Shown here: positions 10,241-19,209 of the stretch, piece by piece
Numbering within the stretch: the first letter of the stretch is position 1
How the letters are laid out: every line of letters starts with the position of its first letter
Assembly: GCA_958296135.2 (NCBI GenBank)
Contig: CATQHZ020000001.1
Span: forward strand, 4,640,001-4,704,000
Length of the DNA stretch: 64,000 nucleotides
From: an uncultured Poribacteria bacterium
GTDB taxonomy: Bacteria > Poribacteria > WGA-4E > WGA-3G
Direction: 5' to 3'
Translations under genes and position numbers: made by a program
The notes under the pieces: model-generated
Told to the model about the DNA's origin: nothing
Seen by the model: the letters and a program-made list of their open reading frames with translations, nothing else
Database searches by the model: none

Positions 10241-10270
10241 TTGACACTTAACATATTTTTATGATATAAT
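10241..10270 (+). promoter_or_regulatory. sigma70 promoter
   Basis: TTGACA-N18-TATAAT with extended TG. Confidence 0.75.
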
Positions 10271-10296
10271 AATTCAAAACCCATTAAGGAAAAATC

Positions 10297-11565
10297 GTGG
10301 CAATGAACAAGACCGGATTTATTGAAGCAGTCCGCAACGAAGACGTGAAAACCGTCAAAAACCTGTTGGAAAATGATACCGTCCTCGCTGCGCATATTAA
10401 CGAACCGTGGTTTGATTTTGATGCGCCCGCGATTGTCTTCGCGGCCTCAACCGGAAACAGCGAACTCATCGATGTCCTCCTCGATGCCGGTGCCGACATT
10501 GATGTCAAGAGCTCGTGGTGGGCAGGCGGCACATCGGCGTTGCAGCACGTCGCGGGTTCCATGCTCGCCTATAACAAGGAATTGGCAGCGCATCTCATCT
10601 CCCGTGGCGCGACAATCGATGCACACGCCGCCGCGGGTTTGGACATGCCGGCGAAACTTGAGGCACTCATCCGCGAAAACCCGGATGTCGTCAACGCGCC
10701 CGGTTGCGACGGGATGTCACCGCTCCATTTCGCCGCAACACCGCGGGTTGCTGAGTTGCTCCTCGCGCACGGCGCAGACAAAAACCTGCGAGACCGGGAC
10801 CACAACGGCACCGCCGCCCAATGGACAATGTGGAACCGCCCCGAGGTCTGCCGCTACCTCCTCGAACAAGGCGCAGAAGGCGATATTGTGCTTTATTGCG
10901 CGATGGGCAACGTTGAACGCGCGAAGGCGACACTGCAGGAAAACCCCGCACTGCTCGATCTTCGGATAAAAGCAGAACTCTCCGAGGGCTACGCCATCGC
11001 GCCATTGAATTGGCCCTACAAGCACGGCAAACGCGGCGGCGAGGTACCCGGAGGCCACGTCTACGCCTACGAAGTCGGACGGAATACGCCGCTACTTGAA
11101 GTCGCACTGCGGTTCAAACAACCCGCGATAATTGACATGCTCTTGGAGTGCGGGTATCAGATCAAACTGCGGGAGTGGTATTCCCTCGTCGGACAGGGCC
11201 CGCGGCGGTTCGATGAACTCGTCAAGGGTTTCCTGAGCAGAGGATGGGACATCAACGCGCGTCAAAAACATCGGCACGGGATGTGGGCACCCTTGCATTG
11301 GCTGGCGCAACGCGGGTTAACCCCCGGCATCCGCATCTTACTCGAAAACGGTGCGGACCCGAACGTTGTCGATGACAAAGGGCGAACGCCTATGCATATC
11401 ATCGCGCAAAAAGGCGTAGGGAAAAACCAAGTACAACTGCTCACCAAACACGGCGGCGATGTCAACACGCGCGATGACGATGGACAAACACCGCTTAACT
11501 CTGCGCAGAAAGCGAAGAACAAATCAGTCGCGAATTTCCTTGCAGAATTCGCAACAGATGCCTGA
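10297..11565 (+). CDS. Ankyrin repeat protein
   Basis: Motifs G.SPLHFAA, LLAHGAD.N, PLHW.A, G.TPMH, GQTPL. Confidence 0.9.
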   Translation: MAMNKTGFIEAVRNEDVKTVKNLLENDTVLAAHINEPWFDFDAPAIVFAASTGNSELIDVLLDAGADIDVKSSWWAGGTSALQHVAGSMLAYNKELAAHLISRGATIDAHAAAGLDMPAKLEALIRENPDVVNAPGCDGMSPLHFAATPRVAELLLAHGADKNLRDRDHNGTAAQWTMWNRPEVCRYLLEQGAEGDIVLYCAMGNVERAKATLQENPALLDLRIKAELSEGYAIAPLNWPYKHGKRGGEVPGGHVYAYEVGRNTPLLEVALRFKQPAIIDMLLECGYQIKLREWYSLVGQGPRRFDELVKGFLSRGWDINARQKHRHGMWAPLHWLAQRGLTPGIRILLENGADPNVVDDKGRTPMHIIAQKGVGKNQVQLLTKHGGDVNTRDDDGQTPLNSAQKAKNKSVANFLAEFATDA

Positions 11566-11575
11566 AAAAAGATGC

Positions 11576-11660
11576 CAGACTTGACAACGTCACGTCTGCC
11601 TAACAAGATAACGTCAGTGACACAGAAACAACTGAACAACCACTAGGAACAACAAAAAAA
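11576..11660 (+). repeat. AAC-loop hairpin element (type-1 tail)
   Basis: CAGACTTGAC-AAC-GTCACGTCTG ... AACAACCACTAGGAACAACAAAAAAA-ATG. Confidence 0.8.
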
Positions 11661-12665
11661 ATGATGAAATCGTTTGCAACACTTGCGACGCTCCTATGGT
11701 GCGTGTCAGCGGAGGGGGCCGCGTTGACAGTAGTGTTTCAACTCGGCGAGCAACAGGAGCCGACACTCGACAGGCTCCTCCCCGATGTCGCGCGATTTAT
11801 GGCGTTTAATAAGGACAGCACCAAACTCATCGCGAAAGGGATGGGCGGCACCGTCGTCGAATGGGATATGGAGACGCGCCAAAAGCGAGAAGTGACGAAC
11901 ATCAACGCGAAGCGGTGGTTCGCCTATGCTACCGGCACAAATCAACTGCTCGTGAGAAAAGCGGATGACGACATCGTGCGCCTCAACCTTGAGAATGGTA
12001 AGGAAACGCACCTGACAAACGGGGAGTATGAAAGCGGCGATATGTCCCACGATGGAACGCTCGCTGTCCTAACGAAAGGCGACGAATTTGTCGAAGTCTG
12101 GCAGATTCAGCCCGCCCCGGCTCAACAACTGAAAACGTTGAAGACAGCCTTTCCCGCGCGGAACGGCATCGCCATCTCATCCACAGGAAACGCTATCGCC
12201 ACCGCGGAAGGCACCTATCACGAGGAACATCGGACGGTAATTGAACTGTGGGAGACATCGCAAGAAATGCCAGCGCGTCTCATCAACACCGGCACCACTC
12301 TGGGAGTGTGGAACCTGATATTCTCTCCCGATGGAACGATGCTGGCAGTTGACACACAGCAACACGCGAAATCCGGCATCCGCGTCTGGGAAGTAGAAAC
12401 GGGGAGACAACTGCTGAACCGAGACGGATTTGAGGCGTATTGGACCCGGGCACTCGCCTTCTCACCGGCACGCCCCGCCGACACGCTTGCCTCTGGCGAT
12501 GAGGGCGGCAATCTAGTCTTGTGGGACATCCGCACCGATGAGGCAGTGTGGCGAGAAACCTATGCCACCGGCATCCAAGCCATTGCCTTCTCACCGAACG
12601 GCAAATATGTGGCAGTCGCACTTTGGGATACTACCATTCAAATGCTACGATGGAGGAAACAATGA
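11661..12665 (+). CDS. WD40 repeat protein, probably secreted
   Basis: Motifs FSPDG, LAFSP..LASG...LWD, AFSPNG. Signal peptide. Confidence 0.88.
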   Translation: MMKSFATLATLLWCVSAEGAALTVVFQLGEQQEPTLDRLLPDVARFMAFNKDSTKLIAKGMGGTVVEWDMETRQKREVTNINAKRWFAYATGTNQLLVRKADDDIVRLNLENGKETHLTNGEYESGDMSHDGTLAVLTKGDEFVEVWQIQPAPAQQLKTLKTAFPARNGIAISSTGNAIATAEGTYHEEHRTVIELWETSQEMPARLINTGTTLGVWNLIFSPDGTMLAVDTQQHAKSGIRVWEVETGRQLLNRDGFEAYWTRALAFSPARPADTLASGDEGGNLVLWDIRTDEAVWRETYATGIQAIAFSPNGKYVAVALWDTTIQMLRWRKQ

Positions 12666-13174
12666 GCACCACAGGCAGCTACATCGATGAAAAGGGACGC
12701 ACCCGGTGGCACCGCAACGACGAACTCGCACTCAGACTTTTGGAGCTCCATACCTTCCTCATCATCACCGATTATCCGGAAGAACACGCAGCGCGATACC
12801 CGCGGCTGGCACATGCTATCTCCCGCTTCCCAGAATCGATCGAAGAAGTCTTCAAGCAAGGCCGGCTCCGCGAAGAAATTCCCGGAGTCGGTGCAACAAT
12901 TGAGACAATCATCGGTGAATTCCTGACGACCGGCACCAGCGCGAAGTTAGAGGAATGCATCTGCGACACCCCACGCACCATCGCCGAACTCGTCCCCATC
13001 CCCGGACTCGGTGCCAAAACGATTAAACGGCTCTATTTGGAGCGCGGCGTGGAGAGCCTCGTCTCGTTGCGAGCGGCAATCGATGAGGGACGACTCAAGG
13101 GGTTCCGCGGCATTGGCCCGAAGACGTTGGAGAAAATTGAGGTGTATCTGAATAACACGCTCCTTGGAACATAG
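12662..13174 (+). CDS. Stand-alone PolX N-terminal (8-kDa plus fingers) helix-hairpin-helix protein
   Basis: Three HhH motifs (IPGVG, IPGLGAK, GFRGIGPK); no palm or PHP domain. ATGA coupling to the WD40 gene. Confidence 0.8.
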   Translation: MSTTGSYIDEKGRTRWHRNDELALRLLELHTFLIITDYPEEHAARYPRLAHAISRFPESIEEVFKQGRLREEIPGVGATIETIIGEFLTTGTSAKLEECICDTPRTIAELVPIPGLGAKTIKRLYLERGVESLVSLRAAIDEGRLKGFRGIGPKTLEKIEVYLNNTLLGT

Positions 13175-13497
13175 GGCGAGCACTTGGGGCGGCCTCCATG
13201 CCCCAAGCCTCCCTCATACCGCAGCAAGGGACAGGCCCCCGCCGTGCTAGAATCCAAACAAAAAGATTCGAGCATCGGCCGGTTTTTAGCAATAAACCTG
13301 ATGCCCCGCTTGATTTGCGCGTAGAACGAATGCGGCTTTCCAAAAACGAGACGCAACTGAAATATAACGAGTTTCTCACGCTGGCGCGGCGCGGCCGCCG
13401 CTTGGCACGTAGGACGGTTTTAATTGATTTTTTCCTTGAAACGTGGTAGACTTTAAGAAGAAAAACGCAGCGCGAAATCAGAAAAGGAGGCACCCCT

Positions 13498-14301
13498 ATG
13501 ATTTCCGCAAAAGAGATTCAAGCCACTTGTGATGACATCGTGCGCGAATTCGCACCGCAACAAGTTATCCTCTTCGGTTCCTACGCGTCTGGCACGCCGA
13601 CAGAAAAATCGGATGTCGATCTGCTCATCGTGATGACAGCACTAAAATCGGATACGCGCCAGCAAGCGTGGGAAATGAAAAAACGCATCCCAAATAGGTG
13701 CCGCCTTGACTTGCACGTTCGTTCACCGGAGGAACTGGCGTATCGCGTCTCGCACAACGACTGGTTTCTGCGCGAGATTCTCGAAAAAGGCCACGTGCTT
13801 TATAACACCGAGAATGCAGTGCCCGAATTCGATATCTCAGAAAACGCCCGGGTGCCGATTTGGACGGAGACAGGTGCTATGAACCCGTTGACACTAGAGT
13901 GGGTAGAATTGGCTGAAACCGATTATGATTCGGCAAAGTTGCATCTTCAACATTCATTCAGACGCGCGTCCCATAACAAAATTTGTTTCAACGCACAGCA
14001 GTGTATCGAAAAATACCTGAAAGCGTGGCTACAAGAAGCGAACCTCCCTATTCCGAGGACGCACGATTTGAACGAATTGCTGGATTTGGTTGTGTCGTCG
14101 CAACCCGCGTGGGAGACGTGGAGAACCGACTTTTCCGCGTTTGACAAATATGCGGTGGATGCTCGTTACCCCGGCTATTTCGCGACAGAAGCGGATGCTG
14201 AGCAGGCGGTGCGCATCTGCGACGAGGTGCGCCGAACCGTTCGCGCCCTGCTGGAATTGAGCCAAGAAGTAAGAAATCACAACGTGAATTCGGCCGGATA
14301 G
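13498..14301 (+). CDS. MNT (minimal nucleotidyltransferase)-HEPN fusion
   Basis: LFGSYA...SDVDL in the N-half; AQQCIEKYLKA..RTHDL..ARYPG in the C-half. Strong SD. Confidence 0.88.
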   Translation: MISAKEIQATCDDIVREFAPQQVILFGSYASGTPTEKSDVDLLIVMTALKSDTRQQAWEMKKRIPNRCRLDLHVRSPEELAYRVSHNDWFLREILEKGHVLYNTENAVPEFDISENARVPIWTETGAMNPLTLEWVELAETDYDSAKLHLQHSFRRASHNKICFNAQQCIEKYLKAWLQEANLPIPRTHDLNELLDLVVSSQPAWETWRTDFSAFDKYAVDARYPGYFATEADAEQAVRICDEVRRTVRALLELSQEVRNHNVNSAG

Positions 14302-14319
14302 ATGGACAGTTGTCCCGCC

Positions 14320-14353
14320 AGACGCGTTGAAACACCGCTAGGAAATACAAAAC
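14320..14353 (+). repeat. AAC-loop element, 3' tail only
   Basis: GAAACACCGCTAGGAAATACAAAAC-ATG. Confidence 0.65.
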
Positions 14354-14827
14354 ATGGCAAAATCACTAACCGATGGCGAAATGCGCAACGGCAAAAAACA
14401 CGGTTATTGGACGACGTACTACGCCAACGGATTCAAGCGGAGCGAAGGCCGCTATATCGATGGCAAGAAAGAGGGACTGTGGCTCCAATATCATAAAAAC
14501 GGGAACAAGGCTAGTGAAGCCACCTTCCGCGATGGAAAAAACGACGGCGACTATCTATGCTATTATGAAAACGGAAACCGCAAATGGGGCGGCCCCTACC
14601 ACAAACACGATGGCACATCGGCCGATGGCAGGAAAGAGGGAGTCTGGCTCTGCTACGAGGAAGATGGTGAGACGGTGTGGCGCATCATTACCTATAAAAA
14701 AGGGGGAAGTCGCGCGAAGCCCGATGAATACCCCCTCGGCACCTGCCACGTCTGCAGCGAAGGCAGACGTTCAACGTGGGGCGATACTTGTCCCAAATGC
14801 GGCGCAGAGCTCAGCGAATCGCCTTGA
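14354..14827 (+). CDS. MORN-variant (YwqK-like) repeat protein with C-terminal Zn ribbon
   Basis: G.K.G.W..YY.NG repeats; CHVC...CPKC. Confidence 0.85.
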   Translation: MAKSLTDGEMRNGKKHGYWTTYYANGFKRSEGRYIDGKKEGLWLQYHKNGNKASEATFRDGKNDGDYLCYYENGNRKWGGPYHKHDGTSADGRKEGVWLCYEEDGETVWRIITYKKGGSRAKPDEYPLGTCHVCSEGRRSTWGDTCPKCGAELSESP

Positions 14828-14899
14828 AAAATTCCGAATTCTTTGTCGAAATCAGGGTTTCAGGAAACAAATAATCCTGAAAAGACAGAGGATAAATCT

Positions 14900-17392
14900 G
14901 TGAAAATTGCATGGGATACTCAAAACGTCCCCTTGGAGCGTAGCACGAGGGAAACCTGTCCCTCGCGAGGTTTCCCTTGGATGCTAGTGATATTGCTGCT
15001 TGCGGCACAGCTCCCAGGCGACGTGTTCGCTGAAACGGAAACAGATGCCGCACACCGTAGCGCAACCGCTGTCAGAATTGACAGCGCGCCGCCCCAACTT
15101 GACGGCGTTTTAGACGACGACATCTGGAAAACCGCACCGCTGCACGAGGGCTTCCATCAACGCGACCCGGACGAAGGCAACCCCGCAACAGAACGCACGA
15201 CGTTCCAAATCGCCTACGATGACGAGGCAATATACTTCGCTGTCATGTGCTACGATAAGGAACCGGATAAAATTTTCTCCCGGCTTGTCAGGCGTGACGA
15301 TTACGTCACATCGGATAGACTTGATGTAATTCTGGATCCGCACTACAGCCGACAAAATGCGTTCTGGTTTACCGTCTATCCTTCCGGCTCCGTGACAGAT
15401 GGAGTTATTTCCAGCAGCGGTTGGTGGGATAATACCTGGAACGGCGTGTGGGATGTCAAAACGAAAATTCACACAAATGGATGGGCAGCAGAATATAAGA
15501 TTCCATATCATGTGCTACGGTTTGCACCAAAAGAGAAATACGTCTGGGGACTCCAGGTAACCCGAAATATCAGCCGAAAAAAAGAATACATCCTGTGGCG
15601 TTTCATTAAAAAAGATGAACCCGGCTGGGTGTCACGCTTCGGCGACTTGACCGGCATTGAGGACATTCATCCACCGCACCATTTGGAATTCATTCCCTAC
15701 GCGATGGGCCGGACAACGCGCAATAGCAACACCGACTTGTGGGGAAACGCTGGCACCGATGTCCAATACGGCATCACCTCCGGCATCACCCTCAACGCCA
15801 CCGTCAACCCCGATTTTGGACAGGTGGAGGCAGACCCGGCCCGCCTCAATCTCTCCGCTTATGAGGAGTATTTTGAAGAACGCCGCCCCTTCTTTGTGCA
15901 AGGGGCATCCATTTTTGGCATCAACGATTATAGCTTCTTCTATTCCCGGCGCATCGGACGGCAGCCCGGACATTTTGACATCCCCGACAGCGCAGAGGAA
16001 CTGAGCCGGCCCGAAGCGACAACCATCCTCGGTGCCGCCAAGATTGTCGGCAGAACGCACGGTAAAACCTCTTTCGGCATCATGGAGGCAGTAACTTCCC
16101 CCGAATACGCACAAATTCGGGAAGGCGGCAGCACCCGCGAGCATCTGATTGAGCCGTTGACGAACTATTTCGTCGGCAGACTCACGCAAGATGTGCTGGA
16201 AGGCAATTCCCGCATCGGCGTTATCACGACGGCTGTCAATCGGCAAGCCTCGCATCCCGCTTACGCCGGTGGGGCCGACTGGGATCTGAAGTTCGCCAAA
16301 GAACGCTACCAGATAAGCGGAATTGTCGCCGCAAGTCACGCAGGTGAAGAGGATAACCGCAAATCCGGCTACCTCGCGCACCTTGAATTTGACAAGCGCG
16401 GCGGATGGCTCAGACTGGATACCAATTTTAGAGCCTTCTCGCCCGACTTAGAGATAAATGACCTCGGCTACCGGCGGCGCGCGGATATGCTCGAGTGGAA
16501 TTACGACTTCACCGCCCGGAAAGAGAAACCCTTTAGCATCTTCCGGCGCGTCATCTTCGGGCTCTACGGGTGGCGCACATGGAATTATGACGGCGTGAAC
16601 ATCAGCAGTTACTCGGAGATCTGGACAGATGGCCGCCTGAAAAATTATTGGGACTATGAGCTCTGGGTAGGCAGAAACCTCACATCGTTCAGCGATGATG
16701 ATGTCCGACGCGGCGGAACGCTCATTAAAAATCCGCCGGGTTGGTGGATATTCACGCGCCTCGCTACCGATAGCCGTAAAATGGTTCGGCTCGATGTGAA
16801 TCCGGTTTTCTCATGGGATGACGATGGACGTTCGTATGACTACGATATACGACTCAGGCTGCGCATTCGCATCGCATCCAACATTGAGGTGAGCCTGGGC
16901 CCAGCCTACAATTATGCAATGAAGGACGCGCAATGGATAGACATGGTTGAAGAAACGAATCACGGGCAAACAACGAAACACTATGTCTACGGCGAGTTGG
17001 AAAGTCGCACGCTTGACTTCACAACGCGCGCGAATATTAGTTTCACGCCAACGCTCAGCCTGCAGTTTTACGTGCAACCCTTCGTCACTATCGGCGGCTA
17101 TATGAAATTCAAGGAGTTAGTTGAACCGATGTCTTACGCCTTCAAGCCTTATGAATTGAAGGAGAACCGAGATTTCCATCGGCGTTCGCTGCGCGGCAAC
17201 ACCGTGCTACGGTGGGAATTCCAGCCGGGGAGCACGCTGTTTCTCGTCTGGACGCAATCGCGCGAGGCCACGTTAGAACAGTTGGACGCGGCAGACCTGG
17301 ATTTTCGCCCAATCCACCGACTGCGCAGCACCTTCACCGATGAGGGAAAAAATGTCTTCCTCATCAAATGCCGATATTGGTTTGGGATTTAG
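14900..17392 (+). CDS. DUF5916 / CBM9-like outer-membrane protein
   Basis: Motifs LDGVLDD..W, NPDFGQVEAD, EERRPFF, YSRRIG; C-terminal aromatic residue. Start is GTG 14900 or ATG 14981. Confidence 0.88.
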   Translation: MKIAWDTQNVPLERSTRETCPSRGFPWMLVILLLAAQLPGDVFAETETDAAHRSATAVRIDSAPPQLDGVLDDDIWKTAPLHEGFHQRDPDEGNPATERTTFQIAYDDEAIYFAVMCYDKEPDKIFSRLVRRDDYVTSDRLDVILDPHYSRQNAFWFTVYPSGSVTDGVISSSGWWDNTWNGVWDVKTKIHTNGWAAEYKIPYHVLRFAPKEKYVWGLQVTRNISRKKEYILWRFIKKDEPGWVSRFGDLTGIEDIHPPHHLEFIPYAMGRTTRNSNTDLWGNAGTDVQYGITSGITLNATVNPDFGQVEADPARLNLSAYEEYFEERRPFFVQGASIFGINDYSFFYSRRIGRQPGHFDIPDSAEELSRPEATTILGAAKIVGRTHGKTSFGIMEAVTSPEYAQIREGGSTREHLIEPLTNYFVGRLTQDVLEGNSRIGVITTAVNRQASHPAYAGGADWDLKFAKERYQISGIVAASHAGEEDNRKSGYLAHLEFDKRGGWLRLDTNFRAFSPDLEINDLGYRRRADMLEWNYDFTARKEKPFSIFRRVIFGLYGWRTWNYDGVNISSYSEIWTDGRLKNYWDYELWVGRNLTSFSDDDVRRGGTLIKNPPGWWIFTRLATDSRKMVRLDVNPVFSWDDDGRSYDYDIRLRLRIRIASNIEVSLGPAYNYAMKDAQWIDMVEETNHGQTTKHYVYGELESRTLDFTTRANISFTPTLSLQFYVQPFVTIGGYMKFKELVEPMSYAFKPYELKENRDFHRRSLRGNTVLRWEFQPGSTLFLVWTQSREATLEQLDAADLDFRPIHRLRSTFTDEGKNVFLIKCRYWFGI

Positions 17393-17465
17393 GGCTCGGT
17401 GCAGTGGCGAGAACTCTATGAGAATCTAGGATAACCTACCCTAATCTATCGATGTGCATTTTGAC

Positions 17466-17494
17466 TTGCATTCCGCTTGGATTTGTGGTATAAT
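17466..17494 (+). promoter_or_regulatory. tnpB promoter
   Basis: TTGCAT-N17-TATAAT with extended TG. Confidence 0.75.
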
Positions 17495-17501
17495 ATAGTT
17501 A

Positions 17502-17597
17502 CCGTTGGGAGGTGAGACCTACTAAGCGCGGCATCCCGCCGTGTCTCTCACCTCCACCTTACCTTAGTAGGAAGGAAAAACAACGGCGAACGGTGAC
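17502..17597 (+). ncRNA. Pseudoknotted structured 5' leader of tnpB
   Basis: Perfect 10-bp stem 17508-17/17546-55 crossed by a perfect 9-bp stem 17518-26/17563-71; inner hairpin 17527-43; closing stem CCGTTG/CAACGG. Confidence 0.65.
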
Positions 17598-17602
17598 GCT
17601 CT

Positions 17603-18817
17603 ATGACATTGAAAACGCATTTAATGGCGTTGGACCCGAATAATAAGCAGGCGACGCTGCTTGCAAAGCACTGCGGCTATGCCCGCGTTGCCCGTAACCA
17701 TGCGCTCTCGGAATTCAAGGCAGGACTCGACCGCGATGAATTCCTATCCGATATGGACTTGCGCAAAAGATTCAACGCCGTGAAAGACGAACGCTACCCG
17801 TGGTGCCGCGAGCTCAGTCAAAATGCATCGAAGAATGGGATTTGCACTCTCGGTGATGCAGTGAAACGCTGGGTCTCTAAACAGAACCGTTTCCCGCGCT
17901 ATAAGCACCGATCTGGTAGGATTTCCTACCAAGCTGACAATGGCGCAGGCACGGTGAAGGTAGAGAAAAAGCGTGTCAACCTCCCGAAGATTGGCTGGGT
18001 TCGGATGCGCGAGAAGTTACGATGGCGTGGCGAGATTCGTCGGTGTGTTGTCTCAAAGCGTGCGGGCAGGTGGTTTCTATCGGTTCTCGTGAAGGTGGTT
18101 TCCGACAGTGCGCCACGTGTGTGTTCTCAGCGCGGTCCTGTGCGTGTGGTTGGTGTCGATGTTGGCATCAAGACACTTGCTGTGACATCCGATGGTGTTG
18201 AGTTTGAAAACCCAAAGGCACTTTACCGATACCTGCGGAAGTTGCGGCGTGCGCAGCGTCAACTCTCTCGTTCGGTTTACCGAAGCAGGAATTGGTATCG
18301 GAAGCAGGTGCGCGTTCAGAAGAGTCACTATCGTATCTGCTGTCTCCGTGAGGATGCCCATCACAAGGCAAGCACGGCGATTGTAAAGGCGGCTGACGTT
18401 CTCGGCATCGAGCGTCTACGCGTGGCAGGCTTGTTGAAAAACCGCCGTCTTGCGAAGGCGTTGAGCGATGCGTCATTGAGCGGTTTCTTGACGATGCTTC
18501 GGTATAAAGCAGCGGTACACGGCGTTGAGATTATCGAAGCACCGTTGAACTTCCCGTCATCGAAGACGTGCAGTGCTTGCGGGAATAAGAAGACGAAGTT
18601 GTCCCTCTCGGAGCGGACATATCACTGCGAGGCATGTGGCGTGGGTATCGACCGCGACTTGAATGCCGCGCATAATTTAAGAACCCTGTCCGCGAGCTTG
18701 ACGGAGAGGGAAAACGGCTGCGGAGCGACTATAAGCCCTCAGAGTAGGCACACCTCGTGTGTCTCGGAGGCAAGCCGCATTGAAACAGCAACTACGACAG
18801 ATAAGAGGACAGGTTAG
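17603..18817 (+). CDS. tnpB: RNA-guided endonuclease TnpB
   Basis: N-terminal HTH; RuvC D (GVDVG), E (IERL) and D (DRDLNAA); Zn finger CSAC..CEAC. Confidence 0.95.
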   Translation: MTLKTHLMALDPNNKQATLLAKHCGYARVARNHALSEFKAGLDRDEFLSDMDLRKRFNAVKDERYPWCRELSQNASKNGICTLGDAVKRWVSKQNRFPRYKHRSGRISYQADNGAGTVKVEKKRVNLPKIGWVRMREKLRWRGEIRRCVVSKRAGRWFLSVLVKVVSDSAPRVCSQRGPVRVVGVDVGIKTLAVTSDGVEFENPKALYRYLRKLRRAQRQLSRSVYRSRNWYRKQVRVQKSHYRICCLREDAHHKASTAIVKAADVLGIERLRVAGLLKNRRLAKALSDASLSGFLTMLRYKAAVHGVEIIEAPLNFPSSKTCSACGNKKTKLSLSERTYHCEACGVGIDRDLNAAHNLRTLSASLTERENGCGATISPQSRHTSCVSEASRIETATTTDKRTG

Positions 18818-18975
18818 ATTAGAATAGATTTGTCCAGATTATCATAAGTTCTAGGGAGCGGTTTTTCTAGTTGAGCATAGAACAAAACAACTAATGCCTT
18901 TAAAACCCCCTTTAGGGGTGCAATATTTATAGTGTTTCAGAATGACACTTTGCGAACGTGGGCATAACAAAAATG

Positions 18976-19209
18976 CAGGACTTGACAATGTCAAGACGGC
19001 CTGGTAAGATTACGTCAGCATTACGTAGGGCGAGGGAAAACCCGGCGCGCGCGAATCGCCGAGGGTTCCCCTCGCCATGCCAAATAACTCCGTGATACCG
19101 TAGCGCGAGGGCCGTTACGCCGAAACTTTGTCATCTCTGCAGCCTCGCTGCAGAGATATCCACTGTCCCTCGCCAAGTTTCCAAACCACCGATAGGAAAT
19201 ACAAAAAAT
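18976..19209 (+). repeat. AAC-loop element split by two nested REP/REPIN inserts
   Basis: CTTGAC-AAT-GTCAAG-ACGGCCTGGTAAGAT, then inserts 19024-19077 and 19119-19173, then tail AAACCACCGATAGGAAATACAAAAAAT-ATG. Confidence 0.75.

Larger units (their letters stand above)
17398..18861 (+). mobile_element. Non-autonomous IS607-like element carrying tnpB only
   Basis: Imperfect ~40-bp inverted ends (17410-17450 and 18812-18852). GG at both boundaries (CGG-TGCAGT and GGAGCGG). No TnpA inside. Confidence 0.75.
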
